The notes: generated by a model from the sequence alone, not told the origin. A stretch of DNA of 64,000 nt from Deltaproteobacteria bacterium (GCA_032128115.1 JAQBHB010000022.1:13830-77829), one strand, 5' to 3'; shown: positions 30,520-42,318, counted from the stretch's first letter. Translations and numbers: made by a program.

Positions 30520-31464
30520 ATGGCCAGCTCGCCCCTCCACAGGCGCGTCGAGATCGGTTCCGGTTCCCGGGGATTCACACACCTGCGGCTCCCGGCCCAT
30601 TGCCGGCGCGAGCCCGAACCCTGGGGTCCCGTTCCCGAAATCCAGCGCCTGCTGCGGCGCGCGGGGCTTCACAGCGTGTGCGAAGAGGCGCGCTGCCCGA
30701 ACCGGTCCGAGTGCTGGGCGCGGGGCCACGTCACGTTCATGCTGCTGGGAAGCACCTGCACCCGCGCCTGCCGCTTCTGCGCCGTCAGCACGGGCCGGCC
30801 GCCGGCGGGACCCGACCCGGACGAGCCTGCGCAGGTGGCCGGGGCCGCCGCCGCCCTCGGGCTGGCCCACGTGGTGCTCACCTCGGTGAACCGCGACGAC
30901 CTGCCCGACGGGGGAGCCGGCCACTTCGCCGCCGTGGTGGAGGCGATCCGCGCTCGCGGAACGGAAACGAGCATCGAGGTGCTGACTCCCGACTTCCAGG
31001 GAGATCTGCGCGCGGTCGGCGCGGTGTGTGCAGCGCGGCCGGACGTCTACAATCACAACGTGGAGACGATTCCCCGTCTCTACCGGCGCGTGCGCCCCGG
31101 CTCGCGCTTCGAGCGCTCGCTCGCGGTGTTGGCCGAAGCGAGGCGACTGCGGCCGGACGCGGTGGTGAAGTCGGGCCTGATGGTGGGACTCGGAGAAGAG
31201 TTCGAGGAGGTGGTGGCGGTGTTGAAGAATCTGCGGGAGGCGGGCGTGGACTCCCTCACCGTCGGCCAGTATCTGCGCCCCACACGCCATCATTTGCCGG
31301 TGGAACGTTACTGGGAGCCGGCGGAGTTCGACGAGCTGGCCGCCCGGGCGCGGACCCTGGGGTTTCCTCGCGTGGCTTGTGGACCCCTCATCCGCTCGTC
31401 GTACCAGGCCGAAGAGAGCTACGCGGCCCTGGTCCGGGCCCGGCTCCCCGGCGAGGCGCCCTGA
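30520..31464 (+). CDS. lipA: Lipoyl synthase
   Basis: [32 protein letters not shown]. Confidence 0.96.
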   Translation: MASSPLHRRVEIGSGSRGFTHLRLPAHCRREPEPWGPVPEIQRLLRRAGLHSVCEEARCPNRSECWARGHVTFMLLGSTCTRACRFCAVSTGRPPAGPDPDEPAQVAGAAAALGLAHVVLTSVNRDDLPDGGAGHFAAVVEAIRARGTETSIEVLTPDFQGDLRAVGAVCAARPDVYNHNVETIPRLYRRVRPGSRFERSLAVLAEARRLRPDAVVKSGLMVGLGEEFEEVVAVLKNLREAGVDSLTVGQYLRPTRHHLPVERYWEPAEFDELAARARTLGFPRVACGPLIRSSYQAEESYAALVRARLPGEAP

Positions 31465-32672
31465 TGGCGGGCGAGATGCGTCACGACTTCCACAAGCTGA
31501 ACCGCTTGCCCCCGTACGTGCTGGCCGAGGTGATCGACCTCATGAAGGCGGCGCGGCGGCAGGGCCGCGACGTGATCGACCTGGGCATGGGCAACCCCGA
31601 CCTGCCCACGCCGCCCCACGTGGTGGACAAGATCTGCGAGGCGGCCCGCGACCCGCGCAACCACCGCTACTCGGCATCTCGCGGAATCCCGAACCTGCGT
31701 TCCGCCATCTGCGAGTGGTACGCGCGCAACCACCAGGTGGAGCTGGATCCGGAGCGCGAGGCCATCGCCGTGATCGGTGCCAAGGAGGGGCTGTGCCACT
31801 TCGTGCTGATGACCATTGGCCCGGGCGACGTGGTGCTGTGCCCGAACCCCGCCTACGCGATCCACGCCTACTCGGTGATCATCGCCGGAGGCGACCTGCG
31901 CCACGTGCCGCTCACCCCGGACACGGACCTGATCGCCAATCTGGAGACGGCCATTGCCCGCACCTGGCCCAGACCCAAGATGCTGATCTTGTCGTTTCCC
32001 CACAATCCCACCACCATGGTGGTGGACCGTGCATTCTTCGAGCGGGTGGTGGATTTCGCGCGCAAGCACGACCTGATGGTGCTCCACGACTTTGCGTATG
32101 CGGAGGTCTGCTTCGACGGCTACAAGCCGCCGAGCATCCTGGAGGTGCCGGGCGCCAAGGATCTGGCCATCGAGTTCACATCCCTCTCCAAGAGCCACTC
32201 CATGGCCGGCTGGCGCGTGGGCTTCGCGTGCGGCAATCCCGACATGATCCACGCGCTGGCCCGGATCAAGAGCTATCTCGACTACGGCATGCCCCAGGCG
32301 ATCCAGATCGGTGGCATCGTGGCCCTGCGCGGTCCCCAGGACGTGGTGCGCGAGAATGCCGAGGAGTACCGGATGCGCCGCGATGCCCTGATCGACGGAT
32401 TCGGCAAGCCCGGCGAGGGATCGTGGAAGATCGAGAAGCCACTGGGCACGATGTTCGTCTGGGCCCGTATCCCGGAGCCCTTCCAGGCCATGGGATCGCT
32501 CGAGTTCGCCAAGCGGCTTCTCGAGGAGGCCAACGTTGCCGTGTCGCCGGGAATCGGGTTCGGGGAGTTCGGCGAAGGCCATGTGCGCTTTTCGCTCATC
32601 GAAAACCGGCAGCGCATCCGCCAGGCAGTGCGCTCCATCCGCCGATTCCTGCGCCAGGGGCCGCGACCGTGA
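31464..32672 (+). CDS. Class I/II PLP aminotransferase (AlaC-like)
   Basis: [33 protein letters not shown]; upstream of hom-thrC; TGATG coupling with lipA. Confidence 0.9.
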   Translation: MAGEMRHDFHKLNRLPPYVLAEVIDLMKAARRQGRDVIDLGMGNPDLPTPPHVVDKICEAARDPRNHRYSASRGIPNLRSAICEWYARNHQVELDPEREAIAVIGAKEGLCHFVLMTIGPGDVVLCPNPAYAIHAYSVIIAGGDLRHVPLTPDTDLIANLETAIARTWPRPKMLILSFPHNPTTMVVDRAFFERVVDFARKHDLMVLHDFAYAEVCFDGYKPPSILEVPGAKDLAIEFTSLSKSHSMAGWRVGFACGNPDMIHALARIKSYLDYGMPQAIQIGGIVALRGPQDVVRENAEEYRMRRDALIDGFGKPGEGSWKIEKPLGTMFVWARIPEPFQAMGSLEFAKRLLEEANVAVSPGIGFGEFGEGHVRFSLIENRQRIRQAVRSIRRFLRQGPRP

Positions 32673-34015
32673 GCAATCTCCGGCGCAGCGATGCGGTGGG
32701 CGTGGGCCTGATCGGGCTGGGCACCATCGGCACCGGCGTGGTCAAGGTGCTCCAGAACAACGCCGCCGTGATCGAGCGGAGGCTTGGGTTCCCCCTGCGC
32801 CTGGTGCGGGTGGCCGACCTGGACACGGAGACCGACCGCGGCATCGATCTGGGAGACGTGCCCTTCGACAGGGATAGCGACGGGCTGCTCCGCGATCCCC
32901 GGGTGGACGTCGCCATCGAGTTGATCGGCGGCTACGACGCGGCCCGGCGCCTGACGCTCAGGGCCATCGAAGCGGGCAAGCACGTGGTCACCGCCAACAA
33001 GGCGCTGCTGGCCCTTCACGGCAAGGAGATCTTCGACGCCGCGAAGCGGCAGGGCGTGGATGTGGCCTTCGAGGCCAGCGTGGGCGGGGGCATCCCGATC
33101 CTGCGCTCCCTGCGCGAAGGGCTGGCCGCCAATCGCATTCTCAGCGTTCACGGAATCATGAACGGCACCACCAACTACGTGCTCACCGAGATGGAGAAGA
33201 CCGGCGAGCGGTTCGACGTGGTTCTCAGGCGCGCCCAGGAGCTGGGCTATGCCGAGGCCGACCCGAGCTTCGATCTGGATGGAGTCGACGCGGCCCACAA
33301 GCTGACCCTGTTGGCCACCATGGCCTTCGGCGCCGAACTCACCTTCAAGCAGATTCCCACCGAGGGAATCCGGGACCTGATGCCGGTGGACTTCGATGCG
33401 GCCCGCGAGCTGGGATTCCGCATCAAGCTGCTGGGCATCGCCAAGTCCCATCCGGATCCGGACGGTGGGCCGGAGCGCATCGAGGTGCGGGTGCATCCGA
33501 CCCTGATCCCGGCGTCGAGCCTGCTGGCCAACGTGGATGGCGCCATGAACGCCGTGGCCGTCACCGGCGACGCGGTGGGCCCCACACTCTTCTACGGGGC
33601 TGGCGCCGGCGCAATGCCCACCGCCAGCGCCGTCGTCGCCGACCTCATGGAGATCGCCCGCGAGATCCGGCGGGGCAGCGTCGGCCGGGTGGCGCCGCTC
33701 TCCTACATGCCGGAGCGGATCGAACCCAAACCCCTGGTGCCCCTGGGCGATCTCTACGGCCGCGTCTACCTCCGGTTCACCGCAGTGGATCGGCCGGGCG
33801 TGCTGGCCCACATCGCCTCGGTGCTCGGCGAGAACGAGATCGGGATCGAATCGGTGATCCAGAAGGGGCGGGCCGAACCGGCTGCATCCGTGCCGGTGCT
33901 TGTGCAGACCCATCCGGCCCGGGAAGCGGCGTTGCGCAGCGCCCTGGAGCACATCGACCGCCTTCCCGATGTCACCGCCCCGACGCGCATGATCCGGATC
34001 GAGGAGGATCTCTGA
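32669..34015 (+). CDS. hom: Homoserine dehydrogenase with C-terminal ACT domain
   Basis: [45 protein letters not shown] coupling. Confidence 0.96.
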   Translation: MSNLRRSDAVGVGLIGLGTIGTGVVKVLQNNAAVIERRLGFPLRLVRVADLDTETDRGIDLGDVPFDRDSDGLLRDPRVDVAIELIGGYDAARRLTLRAIEAGKHVVTANKALLALHGKEIFDAAKRQGVDVAFEASVGGGIPILRSLREGLAANRILSVHGIMNGTTNYVLTEMEKTGERFDVVLRRAQELGYAEADPSFDLDGVDAAHKLTLLATMAFGAELTFKQIPTEGIRDLMPVDFDAARELGFRIKLLGIAKSHPDPDGGPERIEVRVHPTLIPASSLLANVDGAMNAVAVTGDAVGPTLFYGAGAGAMPTASAVVADLMEIAREIRRGSVGRVAPLSYMPERIEPKPLVPLGDLYGRVYLRFTAVDRPGVLAHIASVLGENEIGIESVIQKGRAEPAASVPVLVQTHPAREAALRSALEHIDRLPDVTAPTRMIRIEEDL

Positions 34016-34018
34016 GCC

Positions 34019-35368
34019 GTGAAGTCCAAGCCCGCCTACCGCGCCTGGTTCCAGAGCATCGAAGACGAGAGCGAGCGCTACGCACTCGACGAGGTGGTGT
34101 ATCGCTCGCGCACGGGCGCGCTGCTCGAGGTCGTCCACGACATGGACGAACTCCGCAAGCTGTCCGCCGACGAGTGGAAGCGGCTCTTCCAGCAGCGCGA
34201 GCACGCGAGCGAGTGGCCCTATGGCTCCGGCGTGTGGGGCAAGAAGGAATGGGTGCATCCGGAGCTCGACAACGAAAATGTCGTGTCCATGTACGAGGGC
34301 AACAGCAATCTGTTCTGGGCCGAGCGCTACGGCCGATCGCTCGGGGTCCAGGATCTCTGGATCAAGCAGTGCGGCAATTCCCACACCGGCTCGTTCAAGG
34401 ACCTGGGCATGACGGTCCTGGTGTCGGCGGTCAAGCAGATGATCGCCCGGGGCAAGCCGGTGCGGGCGGTGGCGTGCGCCTCGACGGGTGACACCTCGGC
34501 GGCCCTGTCGGCGTACGCGGCGGCGGCGGATATCCCGGCGGTGGTATTCCTGCCGCGGGGCAAGGTGTCCGTTGCCCAGTTGATCCAGCCCGTGGCCAAC
34601 GGCGCCATCGTGTTCGCCCTGGACACGGATTTCGACGGCTGCATGGAGATCGTGCAGCAGGTGGCGGAGCGCGACGGCCTGTACCTGGCCAACTCCATGA
34701 ACAGCCTGCGCATCGAGGGTCAGAAGACCGTGGGCATCGAGATCGCCGAACAGTTCGACTGGGAGATGCCGGACTGGATGGTGATCCCGGGCGGGAACCT
34801 GGGCAACGTGTCGGCGCTGGCGCAGGGCCTGGACATGCTGCTCGAGCTGGGCCTCGTGAGCCGCAAGCCGCGGATCGTGTGCGCCCAGGCCGAAGCGGCC
34901 AATCCCCTGTACCTCTCGTACCTTCGGGACTTCAAGGTCTTCGAGCCCATCGCGGCCCGTCCCACCATCGCCAACGCCATCCAGATCGGAAATCCCGTAT
35001 CCGCCACGAAGGCCATCGAAGCGCTCAAGCGCTACGACGGGATCGTCGAGCAGGCAAGTGAGGCCGAGCTGGTGGAGGCCTGCGCGCGCGCGGACCGCAC
35101 CGGATTGTTCAACTGTCCGCACACCGGGGTGGCCCTGGCGGCCATGGAGAAGCTGGTGACCAGAGGCACGATCGCCCGGGGTGACCGGGTGGTGGTGATC
35201 TCGACCGCCCACGGGCTCAAGTTCGTGGACTTCAAGGTGAAGTACCACGAAGTCCGCCTGGAGGGCATCGAATCGCAGATTCCGAACCCGCCCATCGATC
35301 TCCCGGCCCACTACGACACCGTCCGCGACGAGATGTTGCGCCAGATCGACCGACGCTTCGGCTCCTGA
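34019..35368 (+). CDS. thrC: Threonine synthase
   Basis: [31 protein letters not shown]. Confidence 0.95.
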   Translation: MKSKPAYRAWFQSIEDESERYALDEVVYRSRTGALLEVVHDMDELRKLSADEWKRLFQQREHASEWPYGSGVWGKKEWVHPELDNENVVSMYEGNSNLFWAERYGRSLGVQDLWIKQCGNSHTGSFKDLGMTVLVSAVKQMIARGKPVRAVACASTGDTSAALSAYAAAADIPAVVFLPRGKVSVAQLIQPVANGAIVFALDTDFDGCMEIVQQVAERDGLYLANSMNSLRIEGQKTVGIEIAEQFDWEMPDWMVIPGGNLGNVSALAQGLDMLLELGLVSRKPRIVCAQAEAANPLYLSYLRDFKVFEPIAARPTIANAIQIGNPVSATKAIEALKRYDGIVEQASEAELVEACARADRTGLFNCPHTGVALAAMEKLVTRGTIARGDRVVVISTAHGLKFVDFKVKYHEVRLEGIESQIPNPPIDLPAHYDTVRDEMLRQIDRRFGS

Positions 35369-35369
35369 C

Positions 35370-35987
35370 ATGTTCACCGGCATCGTCGAGACACTGGGCA
35401 CCGTGACTGCCATCGAGCCGCGCGAAGGCAGCATGGCCCTGGAGATCGAGGCGCCCGGGATCGCCGCCAGCGCTGGGGTCGGGGATTCGGTGGCGGTCAA
35501 CGGGGGCTGCCTCACGGTGACCCAACGCTCCGGCAACCGTCTCCGCTTCGAGGCGGTGCGGGAGACCCTGGATCGCACGGCGCTCGGCGGGCTGGACGTG
35601 GGCGCGCGGGTCAACCTGGAGCGCGCCCTGTGCGCGGGAGACCGGATGGACGGACATATCGTGCAGGGGCATGTGGATGGTACGGGTCGCGTGGCCCGTT
35701 TCGACCGCGAAGGCGATGATGTGCGTCTGTTCATCGACTGCGACGCCGGGATCGCCGACTCGCTGGTGGAGAAGGGCTCGGTGACCATCGACGGCGTGTC
35801 GCTCACGGTGGTGGGCGTGCGCGACGAGGGCTTCGACGTGGCGCTGATTCCGCACACGCTGACGGTCACGACCCTGGGCGAACGCGCCCCGGGCGACCGG
35901 GTCAATCTCGAGGTGGATGTCCTGGGGAAATATGTGAAGAGGTTTCTCGAGCGCATGGGCCGGGTCTCGGAGCCTCGTGAGAGCTAG
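35370..35987 (+). CDS. ribE: Riboflavin synthase (alpha chain)
   Basis: MFTGIVE, GDSVAVNGGCLT, VNLERA, GHIVQGHVD, IPHT. Confidence 0.97.
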   Translation: MFTGIVETLGTVTAIEPREGSMALEIEAPGIAASAGVGDSVAVNGGCLTVTQRSGNRLRFEAVRETLDRTALGGLDVGARVNLERALCAGDRMDGHIVQGHVDGTGRVARFDREGDDVRLFIDCDAGIADSLVEKGSVTIDGVSLTVVGVRDEGFDVALIPHTLTVTTLGERAPGDRVNLEVDVLGKYVKRFLERMGRVSEPRES

Positions 35988-38793
35988 GGCCCTCGCCGCC
36001 GCCGCCTTGCTCGGAGCCTTTACTTCGTCGGCCGCGGCCGATTCCGTCGTCTCGGGGGGCAACGGTGACTGGCAGGCCACCCTGGACCGGGTGGCCAAGG
36101 GCGTGGTGGTGCTCCGGGTGAGCGTTCCCCGCGCATTCGATACCGACTCGCCCGCATTCGAGACCGCCACCGGATTCGTGGTCGATGGGAAGCGCGGCAT
36201 CATCGTCTCGAATCGCCACGTGGTGAAGCCGGGGCCCGCTGTGGCCGAGGCCGTGTTCCTCGACAACGAGGAGGTGCCGGTGGAGCCGATCTACCGGGAT
36301 CCCGTCCACGACTTCGGCTTCTTTCGCTACGACCCGGCGGCCGTGAAGTTCATGGTGCCCGAGAGCCTGTTGCTGGCTCCGGAAAACGCGCGGGTGGGAA
36401 CCGAGATCCGCGTCGTGGGCAACGATGCGGGTGAGAAGCTCTCGATCCTCGCGGGCACCCTGGCGCGCCTGGACCGGGACGCTCCGGACTACGGCCGCGG
36501 CCGCTACAACGACTTCAACACCTTCTACTTCCAGGCCGCCTCCAGCACCTCGGGGGGCTCTTCCGGCTCGCCGGTGGTGGACGTTTCGGGCCGTGCCGTG
36601 GCCCTGAATGCCGGCGGCAGCCTGCGGGCATCGTCGAGTTACTACCTGCCCCTGGACCGGGTGGTGCGGGCCCTTGCTCTCGTGAGGAAGGGCGAGCCCA
36701 TCACCCGGGGAACCCTGCAGGCGGTGTTCCGCTATCGGCCCTACGACGAGCTGCGCCGCCTGGGCCTGCGCCAGGAGACCGAGGAGCGCGTGCGCCGCGG
36801 GTTCAGCGACGCCACGGGCATGTTGGTGGTGGAGGAGATCGTGCCCGGCGGCCCCGCCGCCGGCGCCCTGCGCGTTGGCGACGTGCTGGTGCGGGTGAAC
36901 GGCCGGATGCTCACTTCGTTCCTGCCGCTGGAGGACGCGCTCGACGCCAGCGTGGGCGGGACGGTTCGCCTGGAGGTGGAGCGCGGCGGCGTGCCCCACG
37001 AGATCGAGATGACGGTCCAGGATCTGTTCGAGATCACGCCGGACGAGTACATGGAGGTGGGCGGCGCCGTGGTCCATCTGCTCTCGTATCAGCAGGCGCG
37101 CAACTTCTCGGTACCCGCGGCGGGTCTCTACCTGGCTTCCGATGGCTACATGTTTTCGCGGGCCGACGTGCCGCGCGGTGCCGTGCTGACCGCGGTGGGC
37201 GGCGTGCCGGTGGAGACCCTGGACGATCTGGAGGCCGCGCTCAGCTCGCTGCCCGACGGCGAGCGGGTGCCCGTGCGCTATTTCCAGATCAGTCGGCCCC
37301 ACAGCGAATCGGTGGGGGTGATCCGCGTGGACCGGCGTTGGTACCCGATGCGTCGTTGCGCGCGCGACGCCAGCAGCGGGCGCTGGCCCTGTACGGATCT
37401 GGCCGCGCCAGGAAGCGCCGCGCTCGCGAATCCGGCTACGGCCTCGTTTCCGGAGGACGCAGCGTGGCCCGCGCGCCGTCTGGCGCGCTCCCTCGTGATG
37501 GTCGATTTCGACATCCCGTTTCGCGCCGATGGCGTCCACGGCGATCACTTCCGGGGCACCGGACTCGTGGTGGATGCGGAGAAGGGCCTGGTGGTGGTGG
37601 ACCGCGAGACGGTTCCCATTTCGCTGGGCGATGTCTACGTCACCTTCGGCGCCTCGGTACAGGTTCCGGGCGAGGTGGTCTTCGTGCACCCCTCCCACAA
37701 CTTCTCCGTGGTCTCCTACGATCCCGCGCTGGTGGGCGACACCCCAGTGCGTGCGGCGAAGCTCCGGCGCAAGGGGCCCGAACCCGGCGATGCGGTCTGG
37801 CTGGTGGGGCTTTCCGAGCGCGACCAGTTGGTGACCCGCAAGACCCGCGTGTCCCGGGTGGAGCCGCCGGTACTGGCGCTCACGGATCCACCGCGTTTCC
37901 GGGAGTCGAACCTGGACCTTGTGGCGGTAGCGGACACGACGCCCACGGTGGGGGGCGTGCTGTCGGATCGCTGGGGCCGCGTCTATGCCCTGTGGGCCGC
38001 CTTCACCGTGCAGGAGGGCACGACCACGGCGGCCTTCTGGGGCGGCATTCCCGCCGGCCGCGTCCTGGATGTGGTGACGCCTCTGCGCGAGGGTCGGCCC
38101 GTGAACTGGCGAAGTCTGGGAGTCGAACTCAGCGGTCTGACCCTGGCCGACGCCCGCAGTCGCGGGCTCGACAGGGAGGCCGCAAATGCTCTGGAATCGC
38201 GAAACGGCGTCGGACGCGATGTGCTCTCGGTGCTGCGCAGCACGGCGGGAACCCCGGCGGCGGAGCTCTTCGAGGAGGGCGACCTGCTGCTCTCTGTGGC
38301 GGGCGAGCCGGCCGGCTCGCTCGCCCGGGTGGAGCGGGCGTCTCAGGCCGAGACGGTCGGCGTGTCCGTGCTTCGCGACGGCGAGCAGGTCGATCTCGAG
38401 ATTCCCACGGCGTCGCTCGATGGGAGTGGAACCGATCGCGTGGTGATCTGGGCCGGCGCCCTGCTCCAGGCCCCGCACCTGGCGGTGGCAGCCCAACGCG
38501 GCATCGCGTCGGGTGAGGGCGTGTACGTGTCGTGGTTCTGGTACGGATCGCCGGCGAACCGCTATGGCGTGCGGGCCACGCGGCGCATCGTCGACGTGGA
38601 CGGCGTGCCCACCCCGGATCTGGATGCCTTCCTGGCGGCGGTGGCCGATCGCCCGGACCGGGGGCCGGTGCGTCTGCGAACGTGGCACCTGGACGGGAAG
38701 GAAGAGGTCATCACCCTCAAGCTCGACCTGCAGTTCTGGCCGACGGTCGAGCTGCGGCGAACCGCCGGGGGCTGGGAGCGCATCGCGCACTGA
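35977..38793 (+). CDS. Nma111/DEG7-type HtrA-family serine protease (active trypsin, PDZ region, degenerate trypsin, PDZ region) with signal peptide
   Basis: SNRHVV, YRDPVHDFG, VVGNDAGEKLSIL, DFNTFY, GGSSGSP; second protease-like block lacks the triad; 938 aa. Confidence 0.88.
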   Translation: MRARALAAAALLGAFTSSAAADSVVSGGNGDWQATLDRVAKGVVVLRVSVPRAFDTDSPAFETATGFVVDGKRGIIVSNRHVVKPGPAVAEAVFLDNEEVPVEPIYRDPVHDFGFFRYDPAAVKFMVPESLLLAPENARVGTEIRVVGNDAGEKLSILAGTLARLDRDAPDYGRGRYNDFNTFYFQAASSTSGGSSGSPVVDVSGRAVALNAGGSLRASSSYYLPLDRVVRALALVRKGEPITRGTLQAVFRYRPYDELRRLGLRQETEERVRRGFSDATGMLVVEEIVPGGPAAGALRVGDVLVRVNGRMLTSFLPLEDALDASVGGTVRLEVERGGVPHEIEMTVQDLFEITPDEYMEVGGAVVHLLSYQQARNFSVPAAGLYLASDGYMFSRADVPRGAVLTAVGGVPVETLDDLEAALSSLPDGERVPVRYFQISRPHSESVGVIRVDRRWYPMRRCARDASSGRWPCTDLAAPGSAALANPATASFPEDAAWPARRLARSLVMVDFDIPFRADGVHGDHFRGTGLVVDAEKGLVVVDRETVPISLGDVYVTFGASVQVPGEVVFVHPSHNFSVVSYDPALVGDTPVRAAKLRRKGPEPGDAVWLVGLSERDQLVTRKTRVSRVEPPVLALTDPPRFRESNLDLVAVADTTPTVGGVLSDRWGRVYALWAAFTVQEGTTTAAFWGGIPAGRVLDVVTPLREGRPVNWRSLGVELSGLTLADARSRGLDREAANALESRNGVGRDVLSVLRSTAGTPAAELFEEGDLLLSVAGEPAGSLARVERASQAETVGVSVLRDGEQVDLEIPTASLDGSGTDRVVIWAGALLQAPHLAVAAQRGIASGEGVYVSWFWYGSPANRYGVRATRRIVDVDGVPTPDLDAFLAAVADRPDRGPVRLRTWHLDGKEEVITLKLDLQFWPTVELRRTAGGWERIAH

Positions 38794-41700
38794 TCAGCCG
38801 GCTTTCCGGTCCCTCTCGAAGTCCGCGAGTGCACGTTCCGCCTCGGGGCGCACGGCGTTCCAGCGGCGGGCGCGCAGGGCTTCGTAGCCCCGGATCGATT
38901 GCGTGCGTGACGCGATGTCCTCGGCCCGATCGCGATTCTGCGGCGTCAGGCCCGTGGCCAGTCTGCCCAGCAGGTCCTGGTACCAGGCGCGGATCTCGCG
39001 ATCGACACGCCGGGACGGCAGCCAGGCGAAGGGGTCGAGCCACGTGCCACGGAGCCTGCGCCAGCCCACCAGCGCGTGCAGCAGCGGCTCGGCCCAGCGT
39101 CCCAGCGTGATCTTGCGGCGCAGGCCCAGGCTGCGCAGCAGGGGAGGCTGAAGGTGGTAGCGCAGGGCCGCGCGGCCAGCGTGGCGTCGCACGAGCCAGC
39201 GTCGGAAGGGTCCCCGCAGCAGCAGACGCGCCACTTCGTACTCGTCCTTGCACGCCATCACCCGGTAGAGTTCGCGGGCAGCGGTTTCCGTGAGGGAGCC
39301 GACCGCCGGCGCGCAGCCCACCTCGGCCTCGACCAGGGGGGCGAGCACCGTGAGGTAGCGCGCAGCAAAGGCAGCGTCCTGGTAGTCGCGCAGGTCGATG
39401 GCCCAACCGGCAATCCGGCGCCGTGTCCGTTCGCGGACGTCCCGCGAGGTCAGGTGCGAGAGCGCCGTGTCCACGCGCTCCCAGACGGCGCCCAGGGCGC
39501 GCACCTGTTCCGGATCGACGTCGTCTCCCGCGGCGGGTGGACTCGCGTCGACCAGCAGGCGAGCCTCCAGGGCCGGGTCGTCGGCCACTGCGCGGCCCAG
39601 GTGCAGGGCGCGCAGGTTGGCTGCGACGGACACGCCGTTGTCCCGGATCGCCTGTTCGAGGGAGCCCCGCGACACCGGCAGGAAACCCCACTGCAGCGCG
39701 GCCCCCAGCAACACCACGTTGGCGGGTCGCGCGTCGCCGAGTACGGCCTCGGCCAGGGCCTCGGCCTTCAGGGCGTCCAGCGAGCGCGTGTCTTCGCGCA
39801 GGGGCGTGAGCAGTGCGTCTGGATCCGGCGGCGCGAAGCCCGGGTCCATCACTTGGGATCCCGTCGGGGCGTGCAGGGCGTGCGCCACGGCGCGGGTGCG
39901 CGCCGGGTCCAGGGCGGTGCGGGCCATGCGGTCGGCGGCGCCCAACGGGTCGAACGCAAGCAACAGGTCGGCGCGCCCCCATCCCACCCGGGGACTCCCG
40001 GTGCGCGCGTCACGGGTCACGATGCAGTGCGATACGACCTTGCCGCCGCGCTGGGCGAGCCCCGTCTGGTCCAGGTGGCGCGCGTACAGTCCGTCGATCT
40101 CGGCCGCGCGCACCAACAGCGCGTCCACCGTCACCACGCCTGTGCTGCCGATGCCCACCAGGAAGATCTCGTATCGATCGCACCAGTCGACAATGGCGGG
40201 TTCGGGCAGCGTCCGCTCGAGCTCGGCGATCCGAATCGGCTCGGGCTCGGGGCCCTCGAGGCTCACGAAGGCGGGGCAGTCGCCGTCCAGGCAGGTGCGG
40301 TCGTCGCTGCACGAGCTGCGGTGGATGCGCGTCTTGCGTCCCAGCGATGTCGCCACAGGGCGCAGCGACGCGCACGATGAGCGCACGCCGCAGTCGCCGC
40401 AGCCCTCGCACACGTCCTCGTTGATCCACAGCTGCGAGTCGCGCGCCGCCACCAGACCCTGGCGCTCCAGGCGCTGCTCCGCGAGGGCGCACATCTCGTC
40501 GTAGACGAGCGCCGTCACGCCCGGGTGATTGCGGATGTCGCGCATGGCGGCGTCCCACTGGGAGCGTGCAATGCACGAGACGCGGTCGTCGCCCGCGGCC
40601 AGCGCCCGCAGTTCCGGGTCGTCACTCATGGCCACCACTTTGCACGTGCCGTCGGAAAGCAGGTCCCGGACCAGGGCCGCCACGGGCTTGGCGCCGTGGG
40701 GGTCCTGGCCGCCGGTCATGGCGACTACCTGGTTGTAGAGCAGCTTGAACGTGATGGAGACGCCTGCCGCGGCGCATGCGCGCACGGCCAGGCGCCCGGA
40801 GTGGAAGTAGGTGCCGTCTCCCAGGTTCTGGAACAGGTGCTTCGTATCCGTGTAGTGCTCGAGGCCGATCCAGTGGGCGCCCTCGGAGCCCATGGCACCC
40901 ACATACGAAACGCCCCGATCCATCAGCAGGGCCATGGTGTGGCACCCGATGCCGCCGCCCACGGCCGAGCCCTCGGGCACCTGTGTGGAGCGGGTGTGGG
41001 GGCAGCCGCTGCAGAAGTGGGGCTCACGCGTGGGGGCCGGTGCTTCCCGCGATCGTTCGAGTGCGGCGCGCACCGGGTCGGCGCGCCGCGAGAGTTCGGG
41101 CTGCCCCAGGCGCGCGGCCAGATGTTCCGACAGGTCCAGCGCCAGGCTGGCTGCGGTGATCTCGCTGCGGCGGGCGAGCCAGGGCTCGCCCTCGGGGTTG
41201 CGCTGCCCCACGATCAACGGGCGGTCCACCTCGTTGTAGAGCGCCGACCGGATCTGCTCCTCCACGAAGCCGCGACGTGTGTCGATCACGACCATCTCGT
41301 CGAGACCCTGGGCGAACTCGCACAGGCGTCTCGGCTCGATGGGATGCACGAGATCCAGCTTCATGAGTCGCAGACCCAGGCGTGACAGCTCGTCCGGCGT
41401 GAGATGCATCAGGTCGAGGGCGCCTTCCAGCTCCCGGTAGAGCGCGCCCGCCGCCACCAGCCCGATCGAGTCGTGGGCATGTCGGGCCCGGATCGGGTTC
41501 AGGCCGTTGGCGTACGCGTAGCGTCGCACGGCTTCCAGTCTCGCGAACACCAGATCTCGCTCGATCGACAGCACCCGGGGCGGCAGCAGCCCCGTATCGA
41601 AGTGTGCCTCGAAGCGACGCCCCATCACCTCGAACTTGGGGCGCACCACATCGAGGGGGTCGTCGTTCACGTCGAATACGTGGCCGGCGTCGGCCACGTC

Positions 41701-42318
41701 GGCCACCATCTGCAGGCCTGCCCAGGTTCCCGCGTAGCGCGAGAGTTCGATCGCGTGACGCCCGAGCCACAGCACGTCGGCGGCGTCGGCCGGCGCAAGC
41801 AGGGGCACATACGCGTGGGCAAAGGCCTGCTCGCTGCTGCTGGGAAGCGAAGAGCTCTTGCAGAAGGGGTCGTCGCCCACCAGGGCGATCGCCCCTCCGA
41901 AGGGGGCCGTACCCATGAAGTTCGAGTGGCGCAGGGCATCCAGGGCCCGATCGAGCCCCGGCGCCTTGCCGAACCAGAAACCCACCACCCCGTCCCATTC
42001 ACCGTGGGGAAAGTTCTGGAGCAGCTGAGTTCCCGAAATCGCGCTGGCGGCCAGCTCTTCGTTGAGACCCGGGGTGAAGCGCACGCCCTCGGGTTCGAGC
42101 AGTCGGGCCAGGCTCGAAAGGCGTGCGTCCAGACCGGCCAGGGGCGAGCCCGGGTAGCCGGAGAAGAGGGCGCCCACGCGGCGGCCCGCCCGGCGGTCGC
42201 GGCGGATCTGGTCCAGGGCCAGGCGGATGATCGCCTGGAGTCCAGTGAGGTGGATCCGCCCGCCGGGGCGCGTGTAGCGCTCCCAGAGCGGGTTGCCGGG
42301 GGGCACCTTCGCACTCAT
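38794..42318 (-). CDS. Indolepyruvate ferredoxin oxidoreductase family, fused alpha/beta
   Basis: SGYPGSPL, NEELA, FCSGCPH, GIGCH, LGDGT, CEGCGDC, GLAQRGG, KDEYEVAR. Confidence 0.93.
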   Translation of the reverse strand: MSAKVPPGNPLWERYTRPGGRIHLTGLQAIIRLALDQIRRDRRAGRRVGALFSGYPGSPLAGLDARLSSLARLLEPEGVRFTPGLNEELAASAISGTQLLQNFPHGEWDGVVGFWFGKAPGLDRALDALRHSNFMGTAPFGGAIALVGDDPFCKSSSLPSSSEQAFAHAYVPLLAPADAADVLWLGRHAIELSRYAGTWAGLQMVADVADAGHVFDVNDDPLDVVRPKFEVMGRRFEAHFDTGLLPPRVLSIERDLVFARLEAVRRYAYANGLNPIRARHAHDSIGLVAAGALYRELEGALDLMHLTPDELSRLGLRLMKLDLVHPIEPRRLCEFAQGLDEMVVIDTRRGFVEEQIRSALYNEVDRPLIVGQRNPEGEPWLARRSEITAASLALDLSEHLAARLGQPELSRRADPVRAALERSREAPAPTREPHFCSGCPHTRSTQVPEGSAVGGGIGCHTMALLMDRGVSYVGAMGSEGAHWIGLEHYTDTKHLFQNLGDGTYFHSGRLAVRACAAAGVSITFKLLYNQVVAMTGGQDPHGAKPVAALVRDLLSDGTCKVVAMSDDPELRALAAGDDRVSCIARSQWDAAMRDIRNHPGVTALVYDEMCALAEQRLERQGLVAARDSQLWINEDVCEGCGDCGVRSSCASLRPVATSLGRKTRIHRSSCSDDRTCLDGDCPAFVSLEGPEPEPIRIAELERTLPEPAIVDWCDRYEIFLVGIGSTGVVTVDALLVRAAEIDGLYARHLDQTGLAQRGGKVVSHCIVTRDARTGSPRVGWGRADLLLAFDPLGAADRMARTALDPARTRAVAHALHAPTGSQVMDPGFAPPDPDALLTPLREDTRSLDALKAEALAEAVLGDARPANVVLLGAALQWGFLPVSRGSLEQAIRDNGVSVAANLRALHLGRAVADDPALEARLLVDASPPAAGDDVDPEQVRALGAVWERVDTALSHLTSRDVRERTRRRIAGWAIDLRDYQDAAFAARYLTVLAPLVEAEVGCAPAVGSLTETAARELYRVMACKDEYEVARLLLRGPFRRWLVRRHAGRAALRYHLQPPLLRSLGLRRKITLGRWAEPLLHALVGWRRLRGTWLDPFAWLPSRRVDREIRAWYQDLLGRLATGLTPQNRDRAEDIASRTQSIRGYEALRARRWNAVRPEAERALADFERDRKAG

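Noticed and set aside
25731..35956. Long alternative-frame ORFs (25731..29030, 32282..35956, 5' extensions from 30102 and 31379)
   Set aside because: Shadow ORFs typical of high-GC DNA, overlapping well-supported genes and lacking motifs
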